Source: Eledone cirrhosa (lineage: Eukaryota). From it: 64,000 bases of DNA. Within the stretch, counting starts at the first letter, position 1, and the number at the start of each line of letters is the position of its first letter. The stretch covers positions 37,758,001-37,822,000 of the forward strand of contig OZ024748.1 in the NCBI GenBank assembly GCA_964016885.1, read 5' to 3'. Position numbers and translations under genes: made by a program. The notes beneath the pieces are model-generated. The model searched no databases. It was given only the letters and a program-made list of their open reading frames with translations, and was not told the DNA's origin. This document shows, piece by piece, positions 63,771-64,000 of the stretch.

Positions 63771-64000
63771 AAAAGAAGGAAAAATATAAAGAATGTTGCG
63801 AAGGAGGTAAGTATTGTGATTAAAAATAAGGAAAAATATAAAGAATGTTGCGAAGGAGGTAAGAGTTGTGATTAAAAAGAAGGAATAATATAAAGAATGT
63901 TGCGAAGGAGGTAAGTGTTGTGATTAATAAGAAGGAAAAATATAGAGAATGTTGCGTAGGAGGTAAGTGTTGTGATTAAAAAGAAGGAAAAATATAAAGA

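Larger units (their letters stand above)
1..64000. repeat. Tandem satellite array, 52-bp monomer, ~1,230 head-to-tail copies, running off both window ends
   Basis: The unit recurs every 52 bp (the CG position traced at 1484, 1536, 1588, 1640, 1692 ... 2472). Variants are point substitutions and occasional 51/53-bp units. No unique sequence was seen anywhere. Confidence 0.99.

Noticed and set aside
1-64000. CRISPR array or other repeat-spacer system
   Set aside because: There are no unique spacers. Every part of the 52-bp unit is homologous between copies, and no cas gene or leader is present in the window.
1-64000. Perfect Shine-Dalgarno AAGGAGGT in most monomers, with GTG/TTG downstream
   Set aside because: Downstream frames close within a few codons to a few tens of codons, and nothing else suggests a prokaryotic coding region. 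It is treated as a chance motif amplified with the repeat.
1-64000. TATAAA and ATTAAA as real promoters or poly(A) sites
   Set aside because: Such hexamers are expected in A-rich sequence, and there is no associated gene.
1-64000. G-quadruplex or canonical telomere repeat
   Set aside because: The consensus has only GG doublets (three per monomer), GGG runs are sporadic, and there is no TTAGG/TTAGGG-type short unit.
1-64000. Giant repetitive protein read through programmed frameshifts or splicing
   Set aside because: Stops recur in every rotation, indels are not multiples of three, and the + strand has donors but no pyrimidine-tract acceptors.
1-64000. Pure sequencing artefact (rolling-circle concatemer) or synthetic data
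   Set aside because: Variants are inherited in nested, phylogenetically consistent blocks with private mutations, which random error on one template would not produce. Local mis-assembly is still possible.

Overview
The whole 64 kb window is one uninterrupted, single-orientation tandem array (satellite DNA) of a 52-bp monomer, consensus GATTAAAAAGAAGGAAAAATATAAAGAATGTTGCGAAGGAGGTAAGTGTTGT. That is roughly 1,230 copies (64000/52), about 31% GC, with only one C per monomer on the + strand. I see no genes, RNA genes, CRISPR spacers, transposons or inversions, and the listed ORFs are by-products of the repeat. The information lies in the order of monomer variants. The array is a mosaic of short local higher-order repeats (HORs) with periods of about 1403, 1196, 883, 1559, 986/1350/1922, 1044/1771/1823, 970, 2539, 1815, 1907/2063 and 2629/2683 bp. 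It also has a ~5.1 kb long-range duplication and a switch in variant vocabulary near 31.3 kb that divides it into two sub-domains. Periods were measured by eye from diagnostic variants and the ORF track, and block boundaries are approximate (about one monomer or more). I cannot identify the organism or satellite family. A eukaryotic heterochromatic, centromeric or subtelomeric origin is an inference.
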